A stretch of 64,000 bases of DNA from Malacoraja senta (GCA_038087875.1 CM075996.1:10604001-10668000); one strand, 5' to 3'; counted from the first letter of the stretch, positions 24,231-36,500 are shown. Made by a program: numbers and translations. The notes: generated by a model not told the origin, from the letters alone.

Positions 24231-26785
24231 ATGGGCTCGACAAACTCAAAAGGTTATGAAGGTGATGAGAAATGTATGTTTATACAAAGTAGGTGTAATT
24301 GGAAGTACTTAAACATGTGGAAAAAAAGGTATGATTTTAGTGGTAAGTTACTTGTTGATGATTGTTGTAAATTAATGTCTGCTATTGCCAAAGATGCAAC
24401 AAAAAGAAAGAAGGATAAAGACAAGTTGGGCTACCATGAAGCACGTCTGTGGCTTCAGGAAGAGAGACGGAAAGGAAAAAGAGAAGGAACAACCTACCAA
24501 AAACAAACCATCGACAAACGCATTCCTCCAGAAGGGGGACAACGAGGTCTTCCACCGATCACCGGGTATGGCGAGTGCCGCCCCTCCATACACACCGGAG
24601 AAAAAGGGGGTGGCCTTGCACCAGCGACGGCGGAAGAAACCGTCGGACCGGACTCAACAAGGGCTCCAACCCCCGACTGGTACAAAAACCAACCATTAAG
24701 GAAAGTGGCCAGCTGCACCCAGGTTTGCAAAGTCCAAGAACCACTCGCTCAGTTACCGTTTATAATCTTCATTCAGGCCCTATATTTGAGCCTAAATCTC
24801 CACGGTCAATAAAAGACCAAGCGGGGACGAAACGTATCCTATGATTGCAATGCCTAATCCAGATGCCGGCGCAGTGGGGCCAATGTACGTGTACAAGCCA
24901 TGGAATATGGAGGATATTAAAAAGGCACTGAAGGGCATTCCACATCCTAGAGATAATTTCGCAAAGTGGCAGAGGGACTTTGGAAACCTGGTTGTAAGTT
25001 ATTGTTTAAATACTGTAGAATATGAACAAGCGTTGCAAAGTCTTATCGGGTGTGATTGGTGTTTAATTGAAGGAGATTGGAATGCTATTGTAAATGGAGC
25101 ACCCCTTTAGTGGGCACCAGGTCAGAATGATTATCATAACAGACGAATAGCTATTGAAAATCGAATAAGAGCACACTTCCAGAGAGGAGTCGATTACAAT
25201 AAAATTAGGGAATGTACACAAAATAAAGACGAGCCTGTGCTACACTATTTCTACAGACTTCCGGTTGTCTTGGAGGCAAATAGTGGACAAGAAGTAGCAA
25301 TGTTACAACATTTTGAGATTTTAAAAATAAAGTCTGCAATTTATCCCATCAGATAAAGCATAAAAAGAAGTTTAATTTGACACCTAATTCACTTTCATAT
25401 CTTCAGTATTAAAGAAGTTATGGCCATTTTCATACTCGGAAATTAGCATCTTGTTCCCTATTGCTTTTCCATTGACTTAACACAAAAGCTGTGATCGAGG
25501 ACAGTTAAAAGCCCATAACTTTCTTAAAAATTAAGATAACTGAAAGACATTTTCAGTTATTATAGATTGAAGCATTCTGAAACAAATATGAAACAATCTT
25601 ACTTAGAAGACATGAAAGTAAAGCATATAATTAGTTAGTTACCTAATTGTAGCTAATTACAAAATTCAATTACTAGATCTAAACATCTATCAATTTCTTA
25701 AGAATAGATGAACATTTTGAAATAGCCTAAGTGTCCAAATAACATTCACACAATAATTCACAATATAACATAATTTTTAAATCTCATTTTCATGAATTTA
25801 CAGGCCAAATGGAAGGAATTGAATGTTTGATACCTGTAAATTAATGAGCATTTAAATCATCTTGTGTGAGGATTTCTGGAACGCGATCTTTTGGAACGTT
25901 CATTTGCGGTGAATTTAACCCCGTATGGGCATGGAAAATACTGCCGTTAGTTCGGGGAATAAAATCACCGTTTCGCATGAAAAAATGTGAATTAAAGGCT
26001 TCTTAAGAAGCACTTTTATACATTTAAAGAAACCACTTTCGTTTACCTGTCCCGTGTGTGAAATCCGTCCCCGTTATCGGCGTTGACGCTTCAGGAGTTG
26101 CTTTTAAAATTACTCTAGCGCTGACATTGACGATTTAATAAAAATAAAAAATTCACAAAACGCCGCGAGGACCGATTTGTCAGCAAACGCTTGTACTCCA
26201 ACGAAATATAATTCAGGACAAGGGAGGAGAAACCGCGTTTTAACCCCGCCCCCCCCTTAAAGGCGCCAAAATCGCGCACACGGCCAGTGGCAGAATTACA
26301 GCGCGACTGAAGGTAAGTTTTGTAACATACCTACAAGAAGTACCGATCCCGTGGGCGGACGATGGACCGTTCGCCCAACAGTTTCAAATCGAACTATTAA
26401 ACGGACAAAAACCCGAGATTAGTTTATATATAAAAAAGCACATGGTGGGATGGAAAACAAAGGCACTCAATGATGTAAAAGATTGGGCAGTACATGCGGA
26501 GGAAAACACCAAACAGAAAAAGATTGTAAAGAACGTTTATCTGGCCGATGTTGATGAAATAAGCAAAAATACCGTCTCTGTATTCTACTGGGTAAAACAA
26601 GATCAGGGGCGGGGAGGCCAGAGAGGCAGAAGAAGAGGTAGAGGCAGAGGTAGAGGGAGTAGGTCCCCAAGGGGGTGGGATGTTTTGTCTGTGGAAAACT
26701 CGACCATTGGGCTTGAGATTGTCCCCAGGCTAAGAGAAGGCGAGGAGGGTCCAAGGTCCCGAAGCTATGACCGATCCTGACTGAC
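24231..26785 (+). pseudogene. gag: ERV gag (frameshifts, stops and a transposon insertion)
   Basis: MGSTNSK myristoylation-type start; AAPPY; capsid YKPW...IPHP; MHR-like CTQNKDEPVLHYFYRL; RG-rich stretch; zinc knuckle CFVCGKLDHWA*DC at 26681-26722. Confidence 0.9.
25295..26333 (+). mobile_element. Non-autonomous TIR DNA transposon (1039 bp) in gag
   Basis: Ends TAGCAATGTTACAA...TTGTAACATACCTA; 7-bp TSD caagaag. Removal restores gag ANSGQEVPIPWADDGPF. Confidence 0.92.
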
Positions 26786-26898
26786 CAAGGCTGAAGGGAG
26801 GGACAAATCAAATAGAGATACTCCCACTCCCCCAGCCGACAAAGAGCCTCTGCAAATATTGGATCTAGAAGAAATCTTCTATGTCTTACAAGACATAG

Positions 26899-27101
26899 TG
26901 TTTCTATGTCTTGTGTTTCTTATTTTCTTTTGGTGCTTTTGAAATTGAATTCTGTCCTTGATTTGTGTACTGTGGTGTTTTCTTATTTAATTTATTCCGA
27001 TTATGTGTTTTTTGTTTTGTTGTGATTCTATGCATTGTAAGGTGTCCTTGGGTTTTAGAAAGGCGCCAGTAAATAAAATGATTATTATTATTATTATTAT
27101 T
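26899..27101 (+). mobile_element. L2-like LINE 3' tail inserted between gag and protease
   Basis: ttgtaaggtgtccttgggttttagaaaggcgccagtaaataaaatg followed by (att)n; boundaries approximate. Confidence 0.65.
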
Positions 27102-30100
27102 ACCTAAAGCCTACGATAAGTTTAATAGTGAATGGGGAAAGGATGACATTCTTATGCGATAGCGGAGCATGTAAAACTGTCATAATAAAAGACGAAGAGC
27201 CCCCGGGAACACTATACTCCAAGAATTCAATAACAGTAAAGTCCGCCACCGGTCATACTAACGTGGATTTCTTGACGAAACCACTTAAGTTCCAAGAACC
27301 AATATCTAATGTGTGTTGTGAGTTGTCCAGTAAATTTGCTAGGTCGAGACATTATGATGGGATTGCGGATTGGTATAATACCCACCATACAAGGGATGAA
27401 AGCTATACGGCTGTCACAAGGGACAACTGAGACAACCGACCAGGAGGGAGCAGGGGAGCCACACTATTATTATACCATCGACTTAGCGAAAAACGGACCA
27501 ACCTTGGTAGTGGAAGATCTGGTCAGGGAAGTAAGGGAAAGAATAATACCAGAAGCTGTCCTACATGCACCAGACGAGTTACATTGCACCCTGTGGTTTA
27601 AATACACCACGGGGTCGGATAAAAAGTATGAGACAAAGCTTCTGAAAGTAAGATACTTTACCGTAGGTATGTTACAAAACTTACATTCAGTCGCGCTGTA
27701 ATTCTGCCACTGGCTGTGTGTGCAATTTTGGCGCCTTTAAGGGGGGGCGGGGTTAAAACGCGGTTTCTCCTCCCATGTCCTGGGAATATTTTGTTGGAGT
27801 ACAAGCCTTGGCTGACAAAATCGTTCCTACCGGCGTTTTGTGAATTTTTTATTTTTATTAAATCGTCAATGTCAGCGCTACAGTCATTTTAAAAGCAGCT
27901 CCTGAAGCGTCAACGCCGATAACGGGGATGGATTTCACGCATGGGACAGGTAAACGAAAGTGCTTTCTTTAAATGTATAAAAGTGCTTCTTAAGAAGCCT
28001 TTAATTCACATTTTGTCATGCGACACGGTGATTTTATTCCCCGAATTAACGGCAGTATTTTTCATGCCAATACGGGGTTAAATTCACCGCAAATCAACGT
28101 TCCAAAAGATCGCGTTCCAGTAATCCTCACTCGCAAAATGAATTAAATCCCCATTAATTTACAGGTATTAAACATTCAATTCCTTCCATTTGGCCTGTAA
28201 ATTCATGAAAATTAGATTTAAAAATTATGTTATATTGTGAATTATTGTGTGAATGTTATTTGGACACTTAGGCTATTTAAAAATGTTAATCTATTCTTAA
28301 GAAATTGATAGATGTTTAGAACTAGTAATTGAATTTTGTAATTAGCTACAATTAGGTAACTAACTAATTATATGCTTTACTTTCATGTCTTCGAAGTAAG
28401 ATTGTTTCATATTTGTTTCAGAATGCTTCAATCTATTATACCTGAAAATTTCTTTCAGTTATCATAATTTTTAAGAAAGTTATGGGCTTTTAACTGTCCT
28501 CGATCACAGCTTTTGTGTTAAGTCAATGGAAAAGCAATAGGGAACTAGATGCTAATTTCTGAGTATGATAATGGCCATACCTTTTTTAATACTGAAGATA
28601 TGAAAGTGAATTAAGTGTCAAATTAAACTTATTTTTATGCTTTATCTGATGGGTTAAATTGCAGACTTTATTTTTAAAATCTCAAAATTTTGTAACATTG
28701 CTACTCTACCGTACACTTGACTGACTTGTATTGGGACCAACAAGGTAATGCCGCCATAGCAGTAAGGCTAGCTAAGGACTACGAATTGTTCCGCGGCTAC
28801 CCTTCAAGACCCCACGTTTCTGTCTCCAAAAAGCAAGGAGGCAGGTGGAGATACCTAGGAGAACTAGTCACAAAGGGGGAAGCAGAAAAGAATTGGACAC
28901 TGGTAGACGGGAAAGCACAGGTCTACTACAGTAAACGTGCAGGACTATATACACGAGCACTGAACTGGACGACAAGGGGGGCCAAGGGGGTCCACCTCGC
29001 CGATGGTGGAAGAACCTCACGGAACAGGACGAGGAACTGATAGCACAGATTCCCAAACACCTGTGGTCAGCCGGACCATCCGACGATGGACTCATAAAAG
29101 GAATCAGTCCTGTACGGGTAACCCCAAAAACATCGCACCGACCGTACCAAAGGCAGTACCCCTTGCGAAAAGAAGCAATCGAGGGGATAAGACCAATCTT
29201 TAAGGCATTAAAAGGAAAAGGAGTCATCATTCCATGTGAAAACTCTCCGTGTAACACACCTATGTTCCCGGTAAAGAAAGCGGCACCATCCGACGGATGG
29301 AGAATGGTCCAAGACCTCCAAGCTGTAAACCGAGCTGTGATGCCAAGAGCTCCGTGTGTTCCCGACCCTAGTACCCTCCTGAGTTACATCGATCCTAAAC
29401 ATAGGTACTTCACTGTGATCGACCTAGCTAATGCCTTCTTCTCTATACCAGTACACCCGGATTGTCAATTCTGGTTTGCTTTTAACTTTGAAGGAAAAAG
29501 ATGGACCTACACACGACTACCTCAAGGATCCACCGAGAGTCCGACAATATTTTCTATGGCAATGAGTTCAAATATTGAGAAGTTTACACCCCCCTACGTT
29601 AGCAAAATTCTCCTGTACATGGATGACGTGTTACTCTGCTCCCCGACGATGGAAGGCTGCGAGAAGTATACAGTAACATTACTTAATTTCCTGTCAGAAC
29701 AAGGACATAAGGTTAGTAAAGGAAAGCTACAACTATGTAAAGAAAAGGTTAAGTACTTGGGGTACGATATATCCCAGGAAGGACGGGAACTGGATGGGAA
29801 CCGAAAAAAAGCAATCCTAGCCGCACCAAGGCCCACAACCAAGATAGAAACTATGCAATTCTTGGGAATGGCCAATTTCTGCAGACAAATGGATCCCAAC
29901 CTATGCCGAAATGACGGGACCACTTCTGCAACTCATCTATCACCAACCAATGGCGGCAAAATAACAGATAACTTGGACAGAAGAAGGGGAGGAGGCATTT
30001 GAGACTGTAAAACAGGCACTGGTATCGTCCACTGTACTAGCCTTACCAAATTCAGAGAAGCCATTTATCCAAACAGTTGACAGGAAACAGGGATACATGA

Positions 30101-32003
30101 CGTCCGTACTGCTGCAAGACCATGGAGGGAAATTGAGACCCATCGCCTACTATTCAACCAAGCTGGATCAAGTGGCACGAGCCCTTCCAACGTGCCTACA
30201 ATTGGTTATAGCCGCAGCATTAGCAGTACAAGCTTCTGCAACGATCGTCTTATATAGGCCACTGGTATTGAGGGTACCACACGCCGTATCAGTCCTATTA
30301 CTACAACAAAAGATCTCGTATCTATCACCAGCTAGGCATTTGTCTTGCATGGCAGTACTGCTATCACAACCCAATCTGACTATAGAAAGATGTACTACCT
30401 TGAACCCAGCTACACTGATGCCGACCGAGGAAGACGGGGAACCGCACAATTGCCTGGAAGAGACTGACAAGTTAGTGATGCCAAGACCAGACCTCAAGGA
30501 CAACGCCTTGAAAGACCCGGACCTGACATTGTACATCGACGGGTCCTGCAAGAAGAATGAGACTGGAACAAACCAATCGGGTTTTGCATTGGTCACGGAA
30601 ACCGATTCACTGAAAGCCAAAGCACTGCCACCACATTACTCTGCACAAGCTGCAGAATTAGTTGCACTTATAGAAGCCTGCAGACTAGCAGAGGGTCAAC
30701 ATCTACACAGACAGTGCCTACGCTTTCTCCACGGTACACGTCTTCGCCGCACAATGGAGGAACCGAGGAATGGTTACCTCCACAGGAAAACCCCTACTGC
30801 ATAAGGATCTCATTCTTAACCTTCTTGGAGCCGTGCTACTGCCAAAAGCAATAGCCATTTGCAAATGTGCCGCACACACCAAAGGAACAGACTCAATCAG
30901 TAATGGAAACCGAATAGCTGATGCAGCTGCCAAGGAGGCAGCCCAGCGACCCCCAGACCATAAAGAAGAGTTCGGACTGGAGATACAAGAAGTGGACCAC
31001 GAGGTGTTGCAAAACATGCAAAAGGCCGCACCCCCAACGGAAAAATACAAATGGAAAATGGATGAAGCGGGAAAACAGGAGGATGGACTGTGGAGATATA
31101 AAGATGGACGCTTGATATTGCCAAAGTCCCTATTCTGATTTGCCTGTGTTATGAGTCATGGGGTAACCCATGTCTCAACAGGAGGAATGGTGCAATTAGT
31201 CAAGGTGTTCAAAACCTATGGGTTCACGAGTTATGCAAAGAAGTACTGCGAAACGTGCGAGATATGTGCCAGGTACAATCCACAAGGAAACATGAAGAAA
31301 CAACAAGGGAAGTACCCACAACCAAGGTACCCATTTCAAAATTTAAATATGGACTTTATCACAAGGGAAGAAATATTGTTTAGTGATTATTGATGTATTT
31401 TCCCGACGGGTTGAAGTTTTTCCCTCTGCCAATGCGGACGCGTTGACAGTGGCAAAAGCTCTCCTCAGGGACATCATACCAAGGTTCGGGATACCAGAGA
31501 AAATATATAGTGACAATGGGAGCCATTTTGTCAATGAGGTAATAGTGAAGCTCACGGCGACCCTAAAAATACAATTAAAACATCACTGCTCTTACCACCC
31601 ACAGTCTGCAGGGTTAGTAGAAAGGACTAATGGAACTATTAAAAGCAAATTAAGGAAGGCAATGGCGGAAACGGGATTCTCCTGGATAGATTGCCTCCCA
31701 TTAGTCTTATTAAATATGAGAATGCTGCCAAGTACGAGGGGAATGTCCCCGTACGAAATATTGTATGGTAAACCATTCCAATACCCTGTTCTACAAAAGT
31801 TTTCTGAGACAGTAAGTGAAGATAGTACCCTAGCACAGTACAAGGTGGTCAAGCCCTCGGTGGGAAGGTCCGTATCAAGTACTACTTACTACTCCCACTG
31901 CGGTAAGAATGGCCGAAAGGCCAACGTGGGTACATATAACACACTGCAAAAGAGTAAAAATCCCAACTTCAGAGTAGGAGAAAGGGGGACCGACGACGGC
32001 TGA
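27102..32003 (+). pseudogene. pol: ERV pro-pol: protease, 2H-phosphoesterase-like domain, RT, RNase H, integrase
   Basis: FLCDSGA and NLLGRD (protease); LHCTL and PHVSV; RQYPL, WRMVQDL, IDLANAFFSIP, RLPQG and YMDD at 29616; LYIDGS and SAQAAEL; SHGVTH...CEIC, MDFI, SDNGSHF and SAGLVERTN. Confidence 0.95.
27664..28703 (-). mobile_element. Second copy of the ~1.04-kb TIR transposon, inverted, in pol
   Basis: Reverse complement of 25295-26333; TAG...CTA ends; 8-bp TSD ctttaccg/ctctaccg with one mismatch. Confidence 0.92.
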
Positions 32004-32045
32004 CGGCCTGTATAGGTCCAGTAACGAAACTACACCTCCAAAACC

Positions 32046-35000
32046 ATGAAGTGGGGATGATTATTCTGAGTGGAATTGCATTAATCACCACAGCATATGC
32101 GAAGTATACAATATACATGGCCCGAGGAAGTACTACCACTTTTGAAATCGACCCATGTCAGTATAAAACTGACAGTTGCGAGGACAGAGCATATGTAACG
32201 GATGGGGTGTATGTCTGTCTAGCACCATGCTCGAAATGGTATTATGTTTTCCAACACTCTGAGTCCTCAGGCTATAAAGAGACCGGAATCGCGCAATACC
32301 AGCGATGGTCGTTAAAAAGAAAGTCCTACACCCATACAAACCCTGGCTGGAGTAACCGGGGAAGATGGGGAAATACACAGCCTACTTGGAAAACGTATAT
32401 AACCGTGAGGAACATCCAGACGAAAGATGAAGGGTGGTATTAAGTGTGTGTCGAAGTTAGTTGGAAGGATCCCTGTAGCCAGTTGGAAGTGAGAGTAGTC
32501 GAACCAGCAGACACTGAAGTTACAGTAAGGCCCCAGGTAGATAAGGAAACTCGGGGACCACCAAAGACAGGAGAACAAGTAATTAAGGTCATCCCAGTAG
32601 CAGACCTCTGGAAGAGTCTGGAAATTGAGACCGGATATAGGGATGATAATGCATGGTTGGAATGGATGCGTTACACAGCTAAGTCCTTAGACAGGACGGA
32701 TTGTTATGCTTGTGCATCCGCAAAACCACAACTTATTCCAACACCCTTCCCGTTAAATTTTACCAACTCAACAGGTTGATACAGCTGATGATGCCGTTTA
32801 CTCTCGTAGCACTGAAAGATGTGAAGGAGAAATCCGAGACAGGGAATAGAGTGAAAAGGGAACCTGCTAAGGATTATTTTGATGCACACATATACATAGA
32901 TGAAATTGGAGTGCCCAGAGGGGTTCCAGATGAATTTAAGGCACGCAATCAGATAGCTGCAGGATTTGAGTCTGTCATCTTCTGGTGGTCAACCATTAAT
33001 AAAAATGTAGATTGGATAAATTACTTATATTATAATCAGCAGCGATTTATCAATTATACAAGAGATTAGTTAAAACACATTTAGGTCCCTTGCAGTCAGA
33101 AACAGGTGAATTGATCATGGGGAACAAGGACATGGCAGACCAATTGAATAACTACTTTGGTTCTGTCTTCACTAAGGAAGACTTAATTAATCTGCCGGAA
33201 ATAGCAGGGGACCAGGGGTCAAATGAGATGGAGGAACTGAGTGAAATCCAGGTTAGCCGGGAAGTGGTGTTAGGTAAATTGAATGGATTAAAGGCTGATA
33301 AATCCCCAGGGCCAGATAGGCTGCATCCCAGAGTACTTAAAGAAGTAGCCCCAGCAATAGTGGATGCATTAGTGATAATTTTTCAAAACTCTTTAGATTC
33401 TGGAGTAGTTCCTGAGGATTGGAGGGTAGCTAATGTAACCCCACTTTTTAAAAAGGGAGGGAGAGAAAACGGGGAATTACAGACCAGTTAGTCTAACATC
33501 GGTAGTGGGGAAACTGCTAGTCAGTTATTAAAGATGGGATAGCAGCACATTTGGAAAATGGTGAAATCATTGGACAAAGTCAGCATGGATTTATGAAAGG
33601 TAAATCATGTCTGACGAATCTTATAGAACTTTTCGAGGATGTAATTAGTAGAGTGGATAAGGGAGAACCAGTGGATGTGTTTTATCTGGACTTTCAGAAG
33701 GCTTTCGACAAGGTCCCACATAAGAGATTAATATACAAACTTAAAGCACACGGTATTGGGGGTTCAGTATTGATGTGGATAGAGAACTGGCTGGCAGGCA
33801 GGAAGCAAAGAGTAGGAGTAAACGGGTCCTTTTCAGAATGGCAGGCAATGACTAGTGGGGTACCGCAAGGCTCAGTGCTGGGACCCCAGCTATTTACAAT
33901 ATATATTAATGATTTGGACGAGGGAATTGAATGCAACATCTTCAAGTTTGCGGATGACACGAAGCTGGGGGGCAGTGCTAGCTGTGACGAGGGTGCTAGG
34001 AGGCTGCAAGATGACTTGGATAGGCTGGGTGAGTGGGCAAATGCTTGGCAGATGCAGTATAATGTAGATAAATGTGAGGTTATCCACGTTGGTGGCAAAA
34101 ACAGGAAAGTAGACTATTACCTGAATGGTGGCCGATTAGGAAAAGGGGAGATGCAACGAGACCTGGGTGTCATGGTACACCACTCATTGAAAGTAGGCAT
34201 GCTGTTGCAGCAGGCAGTGAAGAAAGCGAATGGTATGTTAGCATTCATAGCAAAAGGATTTGAGTATAGGAGCAGGGAGGTTCTACTGCAGTTGTACAGG
34301 GTCTTGGTGAGACCACGCCTGCAGTATTGCGTACAGTTTTGCTCTCCTAATCTGAGGTAGGACATTCTTGCCATTGAGGGAGTACAGAGAAGGTTCACCA
34401 GACTGATTCCTGGGATGTCAGGACTTTCATATGAAGAAAGGCTGGATAGACTCGGCTTGTACTCGCTAGAATTTAGAAGATTGAGGGGGGATCTTATAGA
34501 AACTTACAAAATTCTTAAGGGGTTGGACAGGTTAGATGCAGGAAGATTGTTCCCGATGTTGGGGAAGTCCAGAACAAGGGGTCACAGATTAAGGATAAAG
34601 GGGAAATCTTTTAGGACTGAGATGAGAAAAACATTTTTTACACAGAGATGTAGTTGAGAATGTAGTTGAGGCCAGTTCATTGGCTATATTTAACAGGGAG
34701 TTAGATGTGGCCCTTGTGGCTAAAGGGATCAGGGGGTATGGAGAGAAAGCAGGTACAGGATACTGAGTTGGATGATCAGCCATGATCATATTGAACGGCG
34801 GTGCAGGCTCGAAGGGCCGAATGGCCTACTCCTGCACCTATTTTCTATGTTTCTATGTTTCTATGCTGTGAAAGGGTTAGCCGAACAACTAGATCGGACC
34901 AGTCTAATGGCCTGGCAGAATAGAATGGCCTTGGACATGCTACTAGCAGGACAAGGGAGGTGTATGTGTAATGTTCGGATCATCTTGTTGCACCTTTATT

Positions 35001-35356
35001 CCCAATAATACCGCACCTGACGGGTCGGTCTCCAGGGACCTGGCTGGACTCACTTCACTGGCAGAGGAATTGGCTGAGAATTCGGGAGTTGGCACCTCCT
35101 GGACAGGGTTCCTGAACTCATTGTTCGGGAAATGGAAAAATGATGTTATTTCTGCACTAACCGCTCTCATAGTCATTGCAGGGGTACTGGTCTGCCTGGG
35201 CTGCTGCATCATCCCGTGTGAGAGGACTCGCCCAGTGGCTGATTGAAACGGCCCTCACTAAGAAAATGACTATGTTATACGAACTAATATCAGCCAAAGC
35301 AGAAGAAAGACAATGCAATGAAATTGACTTGCGAGAAACATTCCTGACTGATTGAA
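32046..35356 (+). pseudogene. env: ERV env (gamma-type), split by CR1 and with a probable SU deletion
   Basis: Hydrophobic signal MIILSGIALITTAYA; CYAC (CXXC); furin site RVKR at 32848-32859; GVPRGVPDEFKARNQIAAGFES; YTRD|AVKGLAEQL; ISD-like WQNRMALDMLLA; CVMFGSSCC; TM ISALTALIVIAGVLVCLGCC. Confidence 0.93.
33067..34864 (+). mobile_element. CR1 LINE (1.8 kb, 5'-truncated) inserted in env
   Basis: KSPGPDRLHPRVLKE and a 269-aa RT ORF at 33551-34360; (tttctatg)n tail; env codons agagat|gctgtg rejoin on removal. Confidence 0.95.
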
Positions 35357-35470
35357 TCCCCACGAATGATCGAACTACAGAAAGTCAAGAGAACATGTGG
35401 TTTCCGTGAAGAAACTTGGGGACTTCAACTCGGCCATAAATTTGTTTTAGTAAATTCAGTAAATTTATAT

Positions 35471-35484
35471 AAACAGGAGGAAAA
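35471..35484 (+). promoter_or_regulatory. Polypurine tract
   Basis: aaacaggaggaaaa immediately before the 3' LTR. Confidence 0.8.
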
Positions 35485-35872
35485 TGATGGAAAATTTATG
35501 TATCTGTTCCCTTGTGTATTCTATCTGTGTCTGTACAAGATCGCTTACCAAAACTGCCTAGGGCGCAAGTAATTAACAGGTCTCGGTCGAGTGATTAGGA
35601 GTAATCACATAGCTTGCAGAACCGCTAATCTTGCTCCGGCGAAACATTCCGCAGCTAACTGTTATTTCCTTTCAATTCTGAGTTTCCTTATCAGTTGCCA
35701 TTGTCTCGACGCTTTTTGGTTTCAATCAATGTATAAAAGAGATGTGTTTCAGCATTAGCACAGGGGGACTCGCACAGACTCTTGTGCTCTGTGTGACTCT
35801 CTCTCTCACAATAAAGTTCGTTCAGTTGTACCTCAGTTTTCGTAACAGTCGTTTGTTGGAAAATTTCTAACA
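35485..35872 (+). repeat. ERV 3' LTR (388 bp)
   Basis: Direct repeat of the 5' LTR; manual count of 11 substitutions plus a 2-bp (tc) indel. Confidence 0.97.
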
Positions 35873-36309
35873 GTGGGTGGGGTAGCGTAACTCGTGGAAA
35901 ACTGCGCATGCGCGTTGACAGCAGCTGCATTAATCCAGAGCGGCGGGGCCGTGGGCTGGGCCACGAGGAAAGGCATTGTGAGGTCAGCAGCTGGGCAACC
36001 TTAATATTTTTTTTAAATGTCAGTTTGGTGATAAATTTTAGTAAATATCTCGGGAAATAATTGACCAAATTTATAGAGGAGTGGATTTTTGAAATCATAA
36101 GGAAAATTTCTACCAGAAGATGTAAAAATGTCACTGTTATTTTAACGTCAGCAGCTGGTCAGCGGTCAGATTTTTTTAAAAGGTCAGATTGGTCAACAAT
36201 TTTAATTAAAAAAGCCGGGAAAATAATGTACCAAATGTACAGAGGAGTGGATTTCTAAAATCACAAGGAAAATCTCTTCTGAAAAATGTAAACATTTCCC
36301 CGTTTCGGC

Positions 36310-36500
36310 GTCTGTGTATTGTGTCATTTCCTGCACAAAAACTCTTGTATCCTTGATTGGAAAATTCCTGCGATTCGGTCCAGTGGCTTTCTGCTACTCC
36401 CAAAATTTCCCAATGAAAGATTTCCATTTAACTTCAAGGTTTCCTTCCTGGTACAGTGTTCAAACATTCCATGTTCTGATACCAACAGACCTTTTTTGCG
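36310..36500 (-). mobile_element. RTE-clade LINE AP-endonuclease N-terminal fragment
   Basis: GIRTWNV*TLYQEG...WEILGVAESHWTESQEF...CAGNDTIHR, i.e. APE motifs TWNV and GxxE. Confidence 0.7.

Larger units (their letters stand above)
23482..35872 (+). mobile_element. Full-length decayed endogenous retrovirus (class I, epsilon-like)
   Basis: Two TG...CA LTRs; gtggg TSD at 23477-23481 and 35873-35877; PBS; PPT; gag-pro-pol-env order. Confidence 0.97.
22658..36310 (-). mobile_element. Putative non-autonomous Helitron hosting a Penelope fragment, a 38-bp element and the ERV
   Basis: After removing the Penelope insert, the minus strand reads hairpin cagacccaacgggtctg, 8 nt, then CTAG|T, the canonical Helitron 3' end. 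The 5' end was not found, so the right boundary is inferred from where the RTE sequence resumes. Confidence 0.45.

Noticed and set aside
32000..32050. Retroviral accessory gene (cyclin- or Tas-like) around env
   Set aside because: No room or ORF between pol and env, or between env and the 3' LTR.
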